Shown: piece by piece, positions 13,750 to 25,342 of the stretch | How positions within the stretch are numbered: position 1 is the first letter of the stretch | How the letters are laid out: every line of letters begins with the position of its first letter | Origin: Mobula hypostoma | Taxonomy: Eukaryota | Length of the DNA stretch: 64,000 bases | Assembly (NCBI RefSeq): GCF_963921235.1 | Contig: NC_086099.1 | Coordinates: forward strand, 24,490,001-24,554,000 | Reading direction: 5' to 3' | Translations under genes and position numbers: made by a program | The notes under the pieces: generated by a model | What the model was told of the DNA's origin: nothing | Database searches by the model: none | What the model saw: only the letters and a program-made list of their open reading frames with translations

Positions 13750-14330
13750 CATGTTGACCATCAGAGTACTGAGCACGAGAATTGGGATGTTATGTTGAAC
13801 ATGTGTAAGACATTGGTGAGACCAAATTTGGAGTACTGTGTGCAGTTCTAGTCAACTACCAACAGGAAAGATGTCAATAGGATTTAAAAAGAAAATTTAT
13901 CAGGATGATGCTAGGACTTGAGGACCTGAGTTATAGGGAAATGTTGAATAACTTATGTCTTCATTCCCTGGAGAGTAGAAGAATGAGTGGAGATTTGCAA
14001 GAGGTATTACAAGATTATGAGGGGTATAGATAAGGTAAATGCAAGCAGGTTTTCCCACTGAGGTTGGGTGAGACTACAACTAAAGGTCATAGGTTAAGCG
14101 TGAAAAGTAAAATTTATAAGGGGTGCCTGAAGGGGAGCTTCTTCTCTCAGAGGATAGTGCAAGCTGCCAGCAGAAATGGTAGATGTGGGTTCCACAGCAA
14201 CATTTAAGAGAAGTTTAGATAAGTACGTGGTTGGGAGAGGTATGGAGGGTTATGGTCCATGTTCGGTTCAATAAGTCTAGAGAGAAAAACAGTTCCGCAT
14301 TGAATAGAAGGGGTGAAGGGTAATGCTTTG
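13750..14330 (+). mobile_element. CR1 LINE 3' end
   Basis: KTLVRPNLEYCVQF...KGHRLSV..FFSQRIV motifs. Confidence 0.8.
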
Positions 14331-15034
14331 TGTCTCTGAAAGTGAGCAAGTTAGTATCAGGGCAGAATTAACATACAGTAAAAGGCATAAGACATAAACC
14401 ATGGGACCAAAAGTTAGCCTTCATATTTCACTCCATAAGATATGTGAGGTTGATCCAGGATTCAAGAAAACAAAGGAATCAAACCTTCAGTGCTCAGTGA
14501 CCTTGCGAAGCATAAGCCCCGGTATAACCATCAGGGGAGATTTTGTGCATGAGTGATGAGATTGCACCGGGTATTAGACAGAGCATGAGTGAGCAGGAGG
14601 ACATGGCACTGACACAGGAGGAGCAGGAACCGGATGCCTAGAGGGTTAGTTCACATCCATTCTCAGCTTATGAGGACAGGGAACTCATCCTCAGGGGCCC
14701 TGCTTTTAAAACAAGGTGCTTTATCAAAATAAAAAATTACTGCTGTCATTGGAGGAGTGTGCCTAGCAACATTTAGCACATGGCAGCTATAATGCAGGAT
14801 TTCACAGTCGTACGTGTGGCCTCTACAAAGTACCACAGAACGTTTGACAAGTCCAAGGATAACCCCTTATAACAGAGAAGAGAGCTTCTCTGAGAACCTC
14901 ATAGAAATATTGAAGGTATCACACAAATCTTGACCACAGCCATCTCTCACACTGTTCCCAGAATTGGCAAGACCAGTAACAGTGGCTCAAACCCATCTAC
15001 TTTGATGAAGGGTCTCAGCATCGCATGCTATGCA

Positions 15035-15557
15035 GTTATAGAGAAGTACAGCACAGAAACAGGCCCTTCTGGCCAACTGGTCCGTGCCAAAGCTATTTAA
15101 ACTGCTTACTCCCATCAGCCTGCACCGGCACCATAGCCCTGCATACTCCTACCATCTATGTACATATCCAAACTTCTCTTAAACGTTGAAATCGAGTTTG
15201 CATGCACCACCAGTGCTGACAGCTCATTCCACACAATCACGACCCTCTGAAAGAAGAAATTTCTCCTCATGTTCCCCTTATACTTTTCACCTTTCACCCT
15301 TAACCCATGAGCTCCAATAGTAGTCCCACCCAACCTCAGTGGAAAAACCTGCTTGTATTAACCCTCTCTGTAATCCTCATAATTTTGTATACTTCTATCA
15401 AATCTCCTCTCAATTGTTTGTGTTCTAAGGAACACAGTCCTAACCTATTCAATCTTTCTTTACAACTCAGGTTCTGCAGAACTGGCAACCTCCCTAGTAA
15501 ACTTTCTCTGTACTCTTTCAACTTTGTTTACATCTTTCCAGTAGGTAGGTGACCAAA
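15035..15557 (-). mobile_element. CR1 LINE 3' end
   Basis: ORFs 15336-15521 and 15115-15333: ERLNRLGLCSLE..LRGDLIEVYKIMR and RNFFFQRVVIVWNEL. Confidence 0.85.
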
Positions 15558-16139
15558 TATTTATTACTTGTTTATTATTATTATTGTTTTCTTTTTTCTT
15601 TATTTTTGTATTTGTACAGTTCGTTGTCTTTTTTCATACTGATTCACCACACAAGTTGGTGTGGTCTTTCATTGATTCTGTTATGGTTATTATTCTTTTA
15701 TGGATTTATTGAGTAAAGTCCACAAGAAAATTAGTCTCAGGGTTGTACACGTTGACATATATGTACTTTGATAATAAATTTACTTTGAATTTTGAGTATC
15801 TATTCCCATAGATGTTGCCTCAGCTGCTGAGTTTCTCCAGTGTTTTGTGTGCGTTGCTCAAGATTTCCAACATCTGATCTCTTGTGTCCTCACTCGCCCT
15901 TGAAAAGTAGTGATGAGTTATCTTCTTCAACTATTGTAGAAAGTATGGTGAAGTTATTTTTACATAGAGCTTGTGGGAGCAAGTTCAGATCTTTTACCTA
16001 GAAATGGTTAAAGAAAAGTAATGTATTTTGAAGTTGTAATGATCATTAGATTGGAGGGGATCTTGTAAATGAACAACAAACAAAAATACTGGAGAAACAC
16101 AAAGTCAAGTAACACCTGTGTAAAGAGATACAGACGAAC

Positions 16140-16445
16140 TTACTTACTGCCCGTTACACCACTGGTGCTTAGGGCAACATCTCACACTTTCCATACTGTT
16201 CCACACAGATATAGAGAGATTCTTCATTGCTGGTTCTGTAAAAAATAAATTACTAGTCAGGGTTGTTAGCTCTGAGCTGAACCCCCAATCCTGGAGGACC
16301 AGTGGACCACTCTCAGTCTTGCCTCTACTATTTGACCTACCAAGAATCAAAGCACAAGGCCCTAACTCCAGCCAACATATCCCTCCAGCTCATTGAGACA
16401 ATCCTCCAAACCCTATGACAAGGTTGTGATCATCCTGGAGAAGAT
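16140..16445 (-). mobile_element. RTE-derived bipartite non-autonomous element
   Basis: Reverse complement matches 1605-1950 (GAGTGGTCCACTGGTCCTCCAGG...GCTAACAACCC...GCCCTAAGCACCAGTGGTGTAACGGGCAG) and ends in (TAAG)n. Confidence 0.6.
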
Positions 16446-16515
16446 ATAGATTAAAGGTTAGTTTTACTTATTACATGTGTATCAAAATATCGAAACATAC
16501 AGTGAAATGCATTAT

Positions 16516-17275
16516 TCTCAGGAAGGCAGCGTCCATTATTAAGGACCTCCAGCACACAGGGCATGCCCTTTTCTCACTGTTACCATCAGGTAGGAGGTAC
16601 AGAAGCCTGAAGGCACACACTCAGCAATTCAGGAACAACTTCTTCCCTTCTGCCATCTGATTCCTAAATGGACTTTGAAGCTTTGGACACTACCTCACTT
16701 TTTTTAAAATATACAATATTTCTGTTTTTGCACATTTTTAAAAATCTATTCAATATACATAATTGATTTACTTGTTTACTTATTATTATTTTTTATTTTA
16801 TTTATTATTATTATTACTAGTATTATTTTTCTTTGCTACATTATGTATGGATTGAACTGCTGCTGCTAAGTTAACAAATTTCACGTCACAGGCCGATGAT
16901 AATAAACCTGATTCTGATTCTCAGAAAGGCAGTGTCCATTATTAAGGACCTCCAGCACCCAGGGCATGCCCTTTTCTCATTATTACCATCAGGTAGGAGG
17001 TACAGAAGCCTGAAGGCACACACTCAGCAATTCAGGAACAGCTTCTTCCCCTCTGCCATCCGAATTCCTAAATGGACGTTAAACCTGTGAACACTATCTC
17101 ACTTTTTCATATATATTATTTCTTGTTTTGCACGATTTTTAATCTATTTAATATGTAGAATGTAACTTTTTTTCCCTCTTCTATATTATGTATTGCGTTG
17201 AACTGCTGCTGCTAAGTTAACAAATTTCACAACACATGCCGGTGATAATAAACCTGATTCGGATTCTGATTCTAA
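16516..17275 (+). mobile_element. Two tandem Rex1/Babar 3' ends
   Basis: Two units (~16516-16918, ~16919-17275), each encoding KAA/VSIIKDLQH.GHALFSLLPSGRRYRSLKAHTQQFRN and ending in (GATTCT)n. Confidence 0.85.
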
Positions 17276-17334
17276 GCAACAAGGAGAATGAAAGAAATAT
17301 GGGGTGACAGACAGAAAAACTAGAATTCATCATA

Positions 17335-17464
17335 ACACGTACAAAATGCTGGAGGAATTCAGCAGATCAGGTAGCATCAATGGAAAAGAATAAACTGTCC
17401 ATTAACATTCCTTTCCATTGACGTTGCCAGACCTGCTGAGTTCCTTCAGCATTTTGTGTGTGTT
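17335..17464. repeat. Fold-back hairpin made from PLE terminal repeat ends
   Basis: ACAAAATGCTGGAGGAATTCAGCAGATCAGGTAGCATCAATGGAAA is inverted against TTTCCATTGACGTTGCCAGACCTGCTGAGTTCCTTCAGCATTTTGT. Confidence 0.8.
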
Positions 17465-18464
17465 CAGAATCTACAGAATCTATTACTCAGTCTTCAATGG
17501 ACAGCCATTCACCTGCAGATCATTGGTATGTTCTTTAATAAATCAGAAACCCCTGTGAGTTGTAAATGTGTATTAAGAACTATTTGTCTACATTTAAACA
17601 TGTATCACTGAAGCCAAAATAAACTGTGTTTAAACTATGTTAGCTGGAAGTATCTCCTTTATGGTAGAGAAGGGGGAGCCACCACTCAAACAGTGGGTAT
17701 TGGCAGCTAGAACTCACCACAGAGAATAGACAGGGGAGTAAACAAGCCCTTGAAGGGTAGGTGGATTGAATATAACCTTCCGATAGTGAGGGTACCCATA
17801 GCTTTCTATATTGGATAGGGCTTTAAATCCTCTTCTAATTTTAGGGCTCTGTGGGCAGGGAACCCAAGGGTAGGAGATTAATGCCCAGACTAAAAGGCAC
17901 ATCTCCGATAGGAATAGTTGTTGTGGTGATTAAGTTATCTGGATGATAGATTAATAAGGCAGCTAGAACAGAGAACACAAACATAACTGAGAAATACAGA
18001 GTTACCAGAATTGCCAAGCAGACAGACCCATGCTCGTGAAGGATGAGAAGCTGAGCCATTATTACAGATGGGTTACAGAATTATCCAGTTCTAACATAGA
18101 GAGAGTGAGTGATCTGAAATTGTTGAATCCACTACTGAGTGAGGGAAGACGCAGCAAGCCTAAATTAATGTGAGGTGCTATTCCTCAAGCTCACGCATAG
18201 AACTTCATTAGAACATTATGGAAGACCACACCCAGACTGGCCAGAGTGGAAATGGGATAGAGAAGTGGCCATAAGATTTGGAAGGAACACACTTTCAACA
18301 ACTACCACATACCTTTCTATCATTGGACAGCAAGACAGAGTAACAAATCATTACACAGCTCAGGCATGAGGCACTATTGCAACTTTTTGCAAAATCATAA
18401 AGATGTTCTTTCACAGTGTTTCTCTGATTTCACTAGAAATAGATGCTAGCAGCTATATTTCATT

Positions 18465-18965
18465 AAGAGTTTGAGGAGATTTGGTATGTCACCAAAGACT
18501 CTAGAGAAGTTCTACAGATGTACCATGGAGAGCTCTCCAACTGGTTGCATCACTGTCTGGAATGGATGCACTTATGCACATGAATAGAAATAAACTAGAG
18601 AGAGTTATAAACTCAGTCAGCTCCATCATAAGTGCTAGATGTTGCCTCAAGAAGGTGACATCCATAAGGACGCTCACCATCTATGACTTGCCCTATTCTC
18701 ATTACTACCATCAGGGAGGAAGTACAGAGCTTGAACAAATACAAACAAATTTTAGGAACAGCTTCTTCCCCTCCACCATCAGATTTCTGAATGACCAACG
18801 AACCCTAGAACGCCACCTCGCTTTTTGCTCTCTTTTTGCACAATTTGTTTTTTAATATTCCTTATTGCAACTTATAGCATTTTTATGCACATATTGCACT
18901 ATGCTGCTGCTCCAAAAAAAAACAAATTTTGTGACATATGTTAATGATAATAAACCTGATTCTGA
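18465..18965 (+). mobile_element. Rex1/Babar LINE 3' end
   Basis: LRRFGMSPKTLEKFYRCTMES...FRNSFFPSTIRFLN and an AATAAACCTGATTCTGA tail. Confidence 0.8.
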
Positions 18966-20183
18966 AACAGCAAACATCAGGGGTTTTCCAGTAATATTTA
19001 CAATGTCAGTAGTGCATGGCAACCAAAGAAAATATTCCCCCTGATACTTCCTCATCACATTATTTCTCGTAATAGGTTTCATAATCTCCTATTTGTAAAA
19101 AAAAATGAATGGAGCAAAAGAATAAGACCACCTGTGTGAACTTCACACAGCATAATATAAAAAATAATGGACATCCTGGAACAATTTCAAGGCTGGAATC
19201 ACTCCTGGGCATCCATTATCCCATAATAAATAGACTCGCTGAAAAACAAATTTTAATGCAAGAGATTTGTTTTTACCTTGGCAACAGAATTCACTGTCCT
19301 TGTATCCAAGGAAACCTTTTGAAGGATGGGATTAGAATTAAAACTTTAAAAAAAGCTGAAGTCATACTGTGGTTTCGTTTGGATAGTTAAAAATGGAACC
19401 AGTAAGCACAGCTCACTCATGTGGAGACGAGGAGAACCGTGAAAAAGGATGAAGTCATGTGGAAAGCTCAAGAAACATGATGTCTGATATGGTGTCTGCT
19501 GATTGTGTCCATGGAGTCATACAGGATGCTGCTTGAGATTTTGATAATGATGTTTCAGTATTGTGGCATGGGTCATTGAATCAGAGTCATACAGCATAGA
19601 AACAGGCCCTTCAGTGCATAACCCTCTGCACTAATTCAATTTGCCTGCATTATTTGCCTTGGCCATTTAAGTGCCTGTATAAATACTCTCACACATAGTG
19701 ATTGCAAGTTCTGATTCCACCAGCTCCATTAACAACAGGTTCCAGATATCAACCATTTTCTGTGGGAAACAAACCCCTCAGATTCCTTTTAAAATACCTT
19801 CCTCACATAGCCTTATAATCAGTCCATCATCAGCAAAATCCCCTCCCCTCCATTGAGCAGATCTACAAGGAGTGCTGTCACAGGAAAACATCATCCAGCA
19901 TCACAGACCCTCCACCATCCAGGTCACGCTCTTCTCTCTGTTACTATCAGGAAGAAGGTACAGGAGCCTCATGTTTGAACCAGAGTGGATAATTTCATTT
20001 ACCTCAACACTGAACTGCGCAGTGCCTTTCTCAGCTCAAGCCGGTAAAACCTGAGGTACAGGTTAGCCAAGCATGCTCATTTGTTAATTGCTAGGAGCTT
20101 TTGGACTATTCTAGTGATGTTTGGTATTGTGGCTTTCTGAAAATTTACATAGGTATTGCTGTATAGTCTGATTGTTTAATGCT

Positions 20184-21081
20184 TGTCATAATGGGGGCAC
20201 TGATGGTGGACCCAAATGCAAGATACAGACACTGAAGTACTAAGAACAGGACAGGACTAGAGACTAGAGTTAAGGACATGACTGGATGCAGACTAGGAGC
20301 TGGGACAAGAACACAGACCTGGGCTAGGACTTGACTAAGACAGCGAGACCTGGACGAGGAACTAGGAACGCAGAGCCTTGGTCGAGGGAGAGACAGGAAC
20401 ATGGAACACAGAGCTGGAACCCTTCCTTGGAAACAGGATGTAGGGCTGGGACTCATACACAGAACACAGAGCCAGGACCCCTCCCTGGGTACGGGACATA
20501 GGGCTGAGACTCATTACACAGAATGCAGAATACGACGAGACAGTTCCCAACACAAGGTAGCGGCAGATGGCTGGACCTACCTACCGAAGGCGTGGACACA
20601 GGCGGTTCCCAACACTAGGTAGCAGCAAACGGATGGACCTACTTAGCGAAGGCGAAGACACAAAGACAGATCTCAACACTAGGTAGCAGCAAATGGCCAG
20701 ACCTACCTAGTGAAGACGTGGACACAGAGACAGTTAAAACAACGATAGACAGTTCCTTATCTTGCTCCGGCGATAGAACTTGACAGCAGTGCAGGCGAGG
20801 GGTACAAGCAAGGCAAGGATCCAGGAGAGGCAAGGCTCCAGACACAGGTTGCAGGGGCATGGCAAGACTTTAGGAGAAAGGGGCAGAGAAGGTATTCAGA
20901 CAGGAGATTAGAACAGGAACAATCCAGCAACCAGAGGCTGAATCCTGAAGCTGTTTATGAAGCCAGCACAAACAAGAATCAGCTGCCTCAACAGAAACTG
21001 GGGAAAACCAGAAAACTTGGAATAAGGAGCATGGACTGGACCGTGAACCGGAATGCGGATTTCATGGACCGGACCATGACA
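20184..21081 (-). mobile_element. Solo LTR (probably Gypsy-type), 898 bp
   Basis: Termini TGTCAT...ATGACA with a 5-bp TSD ATGCT at 20179-20183 and 21082-21086. It interrupts the R4 endonuclease region and has internal tandem repeats. Confidence 0.85.
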
Positions 21082-23621
21082 ATGCTATTGAGTAGTGCCT
21101 TTAGGATGATACCAGTTGTGGATATTACTATCAGGACAATGTAAACCCTGTTCATGTTCCAAAGTCTTTCAATTTCTTCTTTTAGTTCAGCATACTTACG
21201 GTGTTTTTCACTTCTTGATTTCTGTATGTTATGTGTGTTCGGAATAGCTATAACCATTAAATAAATTGTTCTTGCTTGTTTATCCTGCATAATTATGTCC
21301 GGACGGTTATTATAGATTGTCCTATCTGTAATAACTGATTGGTCGCAACGTAATTTGTAGTATTCTGACTCTAAAACTGGATCAGGCTTGTATTTATAGT
21401 AAGGTGTGATTTCTTTTATGAGTTTGTATCTTAAAGCAAGATTCTTATGAATGATGTTTGCCACTTGGTTGTGTCTGTGTAAATAATCAGATTGTGTTAA
21501 ACTGCTACAGGACCCTGTAATGTGTTGGGTTTTTTCTGGTTTCTTGCAGCATTTTCTACATTATTCGTCTTGAATATGTTGGTCTTTTATTATGTATTTT
21601 TGATAATTTTTTGTGTTAACCACCGGATCCTGTATTGCCAGAAGGAAACCTTCTGTTTCTTGGAAGAAGTCTCCAACTCTGAGCCAGGCATTTGACAATT
21701 CCTTGTCGATATCTAGTCTGCTCCGATCGTGGGGATGTCTTTCATGGAGGGTCATGCTCTTAGCTTTTTCATCAATAGTGATAGTATCTTCATTTTCCTG
21801 GGTTGTGGTCTCATTTAAGTTTAGTGATACATACTTCCTATCGAATTGTATATGCTTACATGAAGCGCTGATTCCTGTTTTTGTTGATGAAAATCTATCC
21901 TTAGAAGTTTTATCTGACTGCTGTGCAGATTTTTAATGTCTGTTATTCCTCTTCCCCCTTCTGTCCTAGGTAGTGTTAATCTAAGTGCATTCAAATATAC
22001 ATAACGCTTTTTGAAAATTATCATTTCAGTTCTTATTTTTCTTTGTAAATTTTTGAGATCAGCTTTTGACCTAAATATTATTCCAAAAGGGTACATTAAT
22101 AGAGGTTAGTGAAAGTGATTCTTGCCTTTGTTATATTTTTACTGTTGAGCTCTGATTGGCAGATTTTCTTAAGTCTTGAAGTAAATTCTGTCAGAAGTTT
22201 TTCATTTATCGCACCATGATCTATTTTTTGTTGATACCCCAGAAACTTATATGTTTCATATTCATCCATCAGTTGCATTGTATCCTACTGCTCTGTTTTG
22301 TATTCTATCAGCTCTATTGCATTTTTCTTTATGTTTAACGTTCTGCATTTATCCAACCAAAAGTTTCATGTTTTATATCTTTCGACAATAGCTCTACTAT
22401 CTGAATTAATTGCTTTAGCTTAACTGATGAAGAAGCATATATTTTCAAATCATCCATGTATAAAAGGTGTGTTGCAATATAGCTCATTTCACTGTTTCTG
22501 ATTTAATACCCAATTTTTGTCTGATTCAGTAAATCGGAGAGCTAAACAGATCCATCGTGGAGTTAAAGAGTCACTTTGGAAAACGACTTGGTTTATTTTG
22601 ACAATGGTGATAGTTTTTTTTTGGTTGTTAATCAATTGGGTGATTATAGTATACCAATGCTTCATCAGATGTTGTAGGAATTTCACAAGTATTGGGTATA
22701 CTTTTTATATGTTAAGAACTTCTATTAACTGAGTGTGGGAGAGAGTCAAATGTCTTTTGGTGGTCAATATAACAACATGAAATAGTTCTGCTTTCCCACT
22801 GGGTTTGATTTAGAATTACAGAATCTATTATCAGTTGATCTTTACATCCTTTCATACCCTTACTGTATTCCTTCTGCTTTTCTGCAAGTATATTGTGGTA
22901 ATCTAAGTGAGTGGTGATCAGTTGCGAATCTCAGGGTTGTATGTGGTGACATGTAATAAATTTTACTTCAAAATTGGAAATTTGAATTTAATATGTTTTA
23001 CCTTCTGTCAAAAATTCAGGCGCTTTTTCAGGATTTTTAAGAAAATTGTTGATATGCGTTAATAGATACGGATGAGGGCAAGTAAATATTTATGCTAATA
23101 ATTTAGAGTATGATCACTTCCAGTACTTTTCCAGTTTATGCGTATTGTTTATAACCTCTTTCAGCATATCCATTGTAACTTCAGGTATTTGCATTTCATC
23201 AATCATGTGTGTGTGCTCTTTATCCTCCCTAATCCAGCTTGCTTCCTGATTGTGCGTCCCCCTGTTTGATGAGATATTAAACCAAAGTTTCATTATCTCT
23301 GAGTTTGTTGGTAATTCTGTGCTAGGGTTGGTGACAGTTTTGTGCACGTGGAATTTAGTTTCAGTGTCCTATATAAACCTTTTTCATTGATTCTGACTGT
23401 ATCTACAAACTCTACAGTGTTTTTGTTCGGCTGATTGTATCTTGCATGGAGCTTATATTTCCTTAGTATTTTATTAGCTTTTCTCTTAACTCTCTTACTT
23501 GGATTATCCCTTTTGTACTCCATTAGGCAGGTTATTTCTGCTCTTAAGGTTTCAATTTTGTTTTTAATCTCTTCTGCCATTTCGGTGTTCTCATTTCATT
23601 ACTGAGTTTTTTGTTTTTTTT

Positions 23622-24243
23622 AGATTATGAAGGCATGCAGTCCTCTTTTATTGTCATTTAGTAATGCATGCATTAAGAAATGATACAATATTTCTTCCGG
23701 TGTGATATCACAAAACACAGGACAGACTAAGACTGAAAAAACAAACAAAACCACATAATTATAGCATATAGTTACAACAGTGCAACAATACCATAATTTG
23801 ATGAAAAACAGTCCATGGCACAGTAAAAAGTTCAAAGTCTCTCAAATGTCCCACATCTCACGCAGACGGGAGAAGGAAGAAAACTCTTCCTGCCATGCCT
23901 GACCACAGTCCGACTCTGAGTCGTCCGAAAACTTTGAGCCTCCGTTCAGCCCTCCGACACCGAGTACCGAGCACCATTTCTATCCGAACAATTCAACCTT
24001 AATCTCAGTCGCCAGCAGCAGGCAAAGCTGGGGATTTTGGGGCCTTCCCTCCAGAAGATTCTCGATCGCCCAGTAACAGTGGCAGCGAACCTGCGTTTCA
24101 GAAATTTCTCCAGATGTTCCTCTGTGCTTTCACGTCTGTCTCCATCAAATCAGAATTGTCCACGGCCCCTATTTAACAGATACAATATCATTTTCACCAG
24201 AGGGCTGCGCGTGCACGGCACGCTGCTATCTCCTTGTCCCGCC
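23622..24243 (-). mobile_element. ~620-bp SINE-like non-autonomous retroelement inserted in R4
   Basis: Homologous along its length to 29294-29944; 3' tail TAATGCATGCATTACTAAATGACAATAAAAGAGGACTGC. Confidence 0.8.
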
Positions 24244-24951
24244 AAAAGTTTTGAGTTTCTATTAATGAGTGCCCCTACTTTGGACCCATTGCATTGCACA
24301 GCTGTTAATGCTGCACAGTATGTTATTGTATGCAGTTCTCCAAATATTTCAAGTTTCCCTAAATGTTGTGGTAATATAGTATTGTTGAGAGTTTTAAAAA
24401 TCTTTGCAGATTTTAATGAAGTATTTTGTTCTAATACGTAAGGTCTTTTGTTGAATATATGCCCGTATATTCTGTCAGAGTGGTAACAAATATTAGTTTA
24501 ATTTTGTCTGTAAGCTCAGCTTCATCATCAGCATCCTACAGAGGTTCTGGATCTGTGTTGCTGCTGTTAACATTCGATTGTGAAGCTGTTGAACTATTTG
24601 TTTTTACATCAGTGCTTTGGTGGGTTGCAACTTCATTATTTTCTAGTGTAGTATTGTCATGTCTTTGGGTTGGTTTCTTTCCAGCTCTTGTGCAACTTCA
24701 TGTTTTATTTCCTTTAACATGTCTATAGGGATTAAGTTATTTTTTACAGTTACTCTACGTTGATCTGCTATTCATTCTGCATTTACTTGCATCAAGGAAT
24801 ATTGTGCTATAAACTGTTGAAGTTTGTTCGTGTGTGCTATCATGCCAGTCTCAAGTTCCTTTACTCGGCAGTATACAGGCATTATGAATGTGTTTGCTTC
24901 TAATAACCACTTCATACGCGACTTTCTTCTCTTAACTGCTTGAGTGGTCTC

Positions 24952-25342
24952 AGTTGTTATTATTATTTATTTTTTTCTCAGCTTAGGCTGGTAAAACCTG
25001 AGGTAAGAGAATAGCCATGCATGCTCATTTGTCAATTGCGAGGATCTTTCAAACTATTCTAGTAGTATTTCGTATTGTAGCTTTCTGAAGATTTACATAG
25101 ATATTGCTGTGTAGCCCTAATTATTTAACACTACTGTATAGTGACTTTGGGATGATACCAGCTGTAGATATTACAATGGGACAATGTATACCCTGTTCAC
25201 GTTCCATAGTCTTTCAATTTCCTCTTTTAATTCAGCATATTTCTGCTGTTTTACACTTACTGATTTCTGTTAGTTATGTGTGTTTGGAATGGCTTTATCT
25301 ATTAAGTAAGTTGTTCTTGCTTGTTTATCCTGTATTATTATT
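24952..25342 (-). mobile_element. Second, 5'-truncated R4/Dong copy (endonuclease end, 3'UTR, TAA-like tail)
   Basis: Homologous to 20027-20183 plus 21087-21295 and lacks the LTR insert. The minus-strand end reads CTGAGAAAAAAATAAATAATAATAACAAC. Confidence 0.85.

Larger units (their letters stand above)
20027..24950 (-). mobile_element. R4/Dong-clade non-LTR retrotransposon (RT + CCHC + restriction-like endonuclease), near full length, decayed
   Basis: Minus strand in order: N-terminal MKW..E.N.FIM...IADQRR..KNNL (~24920-24735); RT THLLYMDDLKIYASS (~22470-22430); LTLPRTEGGRG; ETEGFLLAIQD; zinc-knuckle region HITGSC...YLHRHNQVA; endonuclease NNRPDII..DK...IAIP...EKHRKYAEL; C-terminal QKATIPNITRIVQKLL. 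Confidence 0.88.

Noticed and set aside
20540-20740. Repeat-spacer-like pattern as a CRISPR array
   Set aside because: The units are imperfect tandem repeats without unique spacers, inside an LTR in eukaryotic DNA, and no cas genes are present.
20988-21464. 158-aa ORF as a stand-alone nuclease gene
   Set aside because: It is the R4 endonuclease fragment with a degraded catalytic motif and a C-terminus supplied by the inserted LTR.
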